A program made the translations under genes and the position numbers. A DNA stretch of 51,253 nt from an uncultured Pedosphaera sp. (GTDB taxonomy: Bacteria; Verrucomicrobiota; Verrucomicrobiia; Limisphaerales; UBA1100): positions 1 through 51,253 of the forward strand of contig CAZHJW010000001.1 of the NCBI GenBank assembly GCA_964533265.1. The letters are read 5' to 3'. The first letter of the stretch is position 1; each line of letters starts with the position of its first letter. This document shows positions 51,253 to 51,253 of this stretch, in pieces. The notes below the pieces were generated by a model. That model did no database searches and had not been told where the DNA came from. It was given only the letters and a program-made list of their open reading frames with translations.

Positions 51253-51253
51253 G

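Overview
Core-chromosome window of a bacterium that gene content and protein style suggest is a member of Verrucomicrobiota/PVC (inference, not proven). It is dense with housekeeping genes: rarA, ygfA, hisG/H/B, purN, sodA, rlmN, glgP, gyrBA, an ECF sigma/anti-sigma pair, trxB, smc, a WYL regulator, rho, cysK, an aminotransferase, tsaD, ctpA, ispD, recJ and a partial secDF. It also holds a GldAFG-like ABC/envelope module, a secreted amidohydrolase pair and a YdjY/MORN/terpene-cyclase-fold cluster. No transposase, integrase, CRISPR array, tRNA or rRNA was seen. The ORF track misses several elements. (1) A ~1.05 kb non-coding, hairpin-saturated unit at ~40121-41168 on the minus strand has its own promoter-like element, a boxA-like 5' motif, pseudoknot-like pairings and an intrinsic terminator; it is a candidate giant structured ncRNA and the top finding. 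(2) A 6S-RNA-like rod lies at 1118-1291, upstream of rarA-ygfA. (3) A 31-aa bS22/AURKAIP1-COX24-like basic peptide gene lies at 11682-11777. (4) A tandem NrdR-box-like pair lies upstream of gyrBA. (5) A partial sulfatase at the left edge has an atypical CCPSL motif. (6) A 140-bp segment is duplicated between two adjacent coiled-coil genes. All calls were made by eye; no searches were run.
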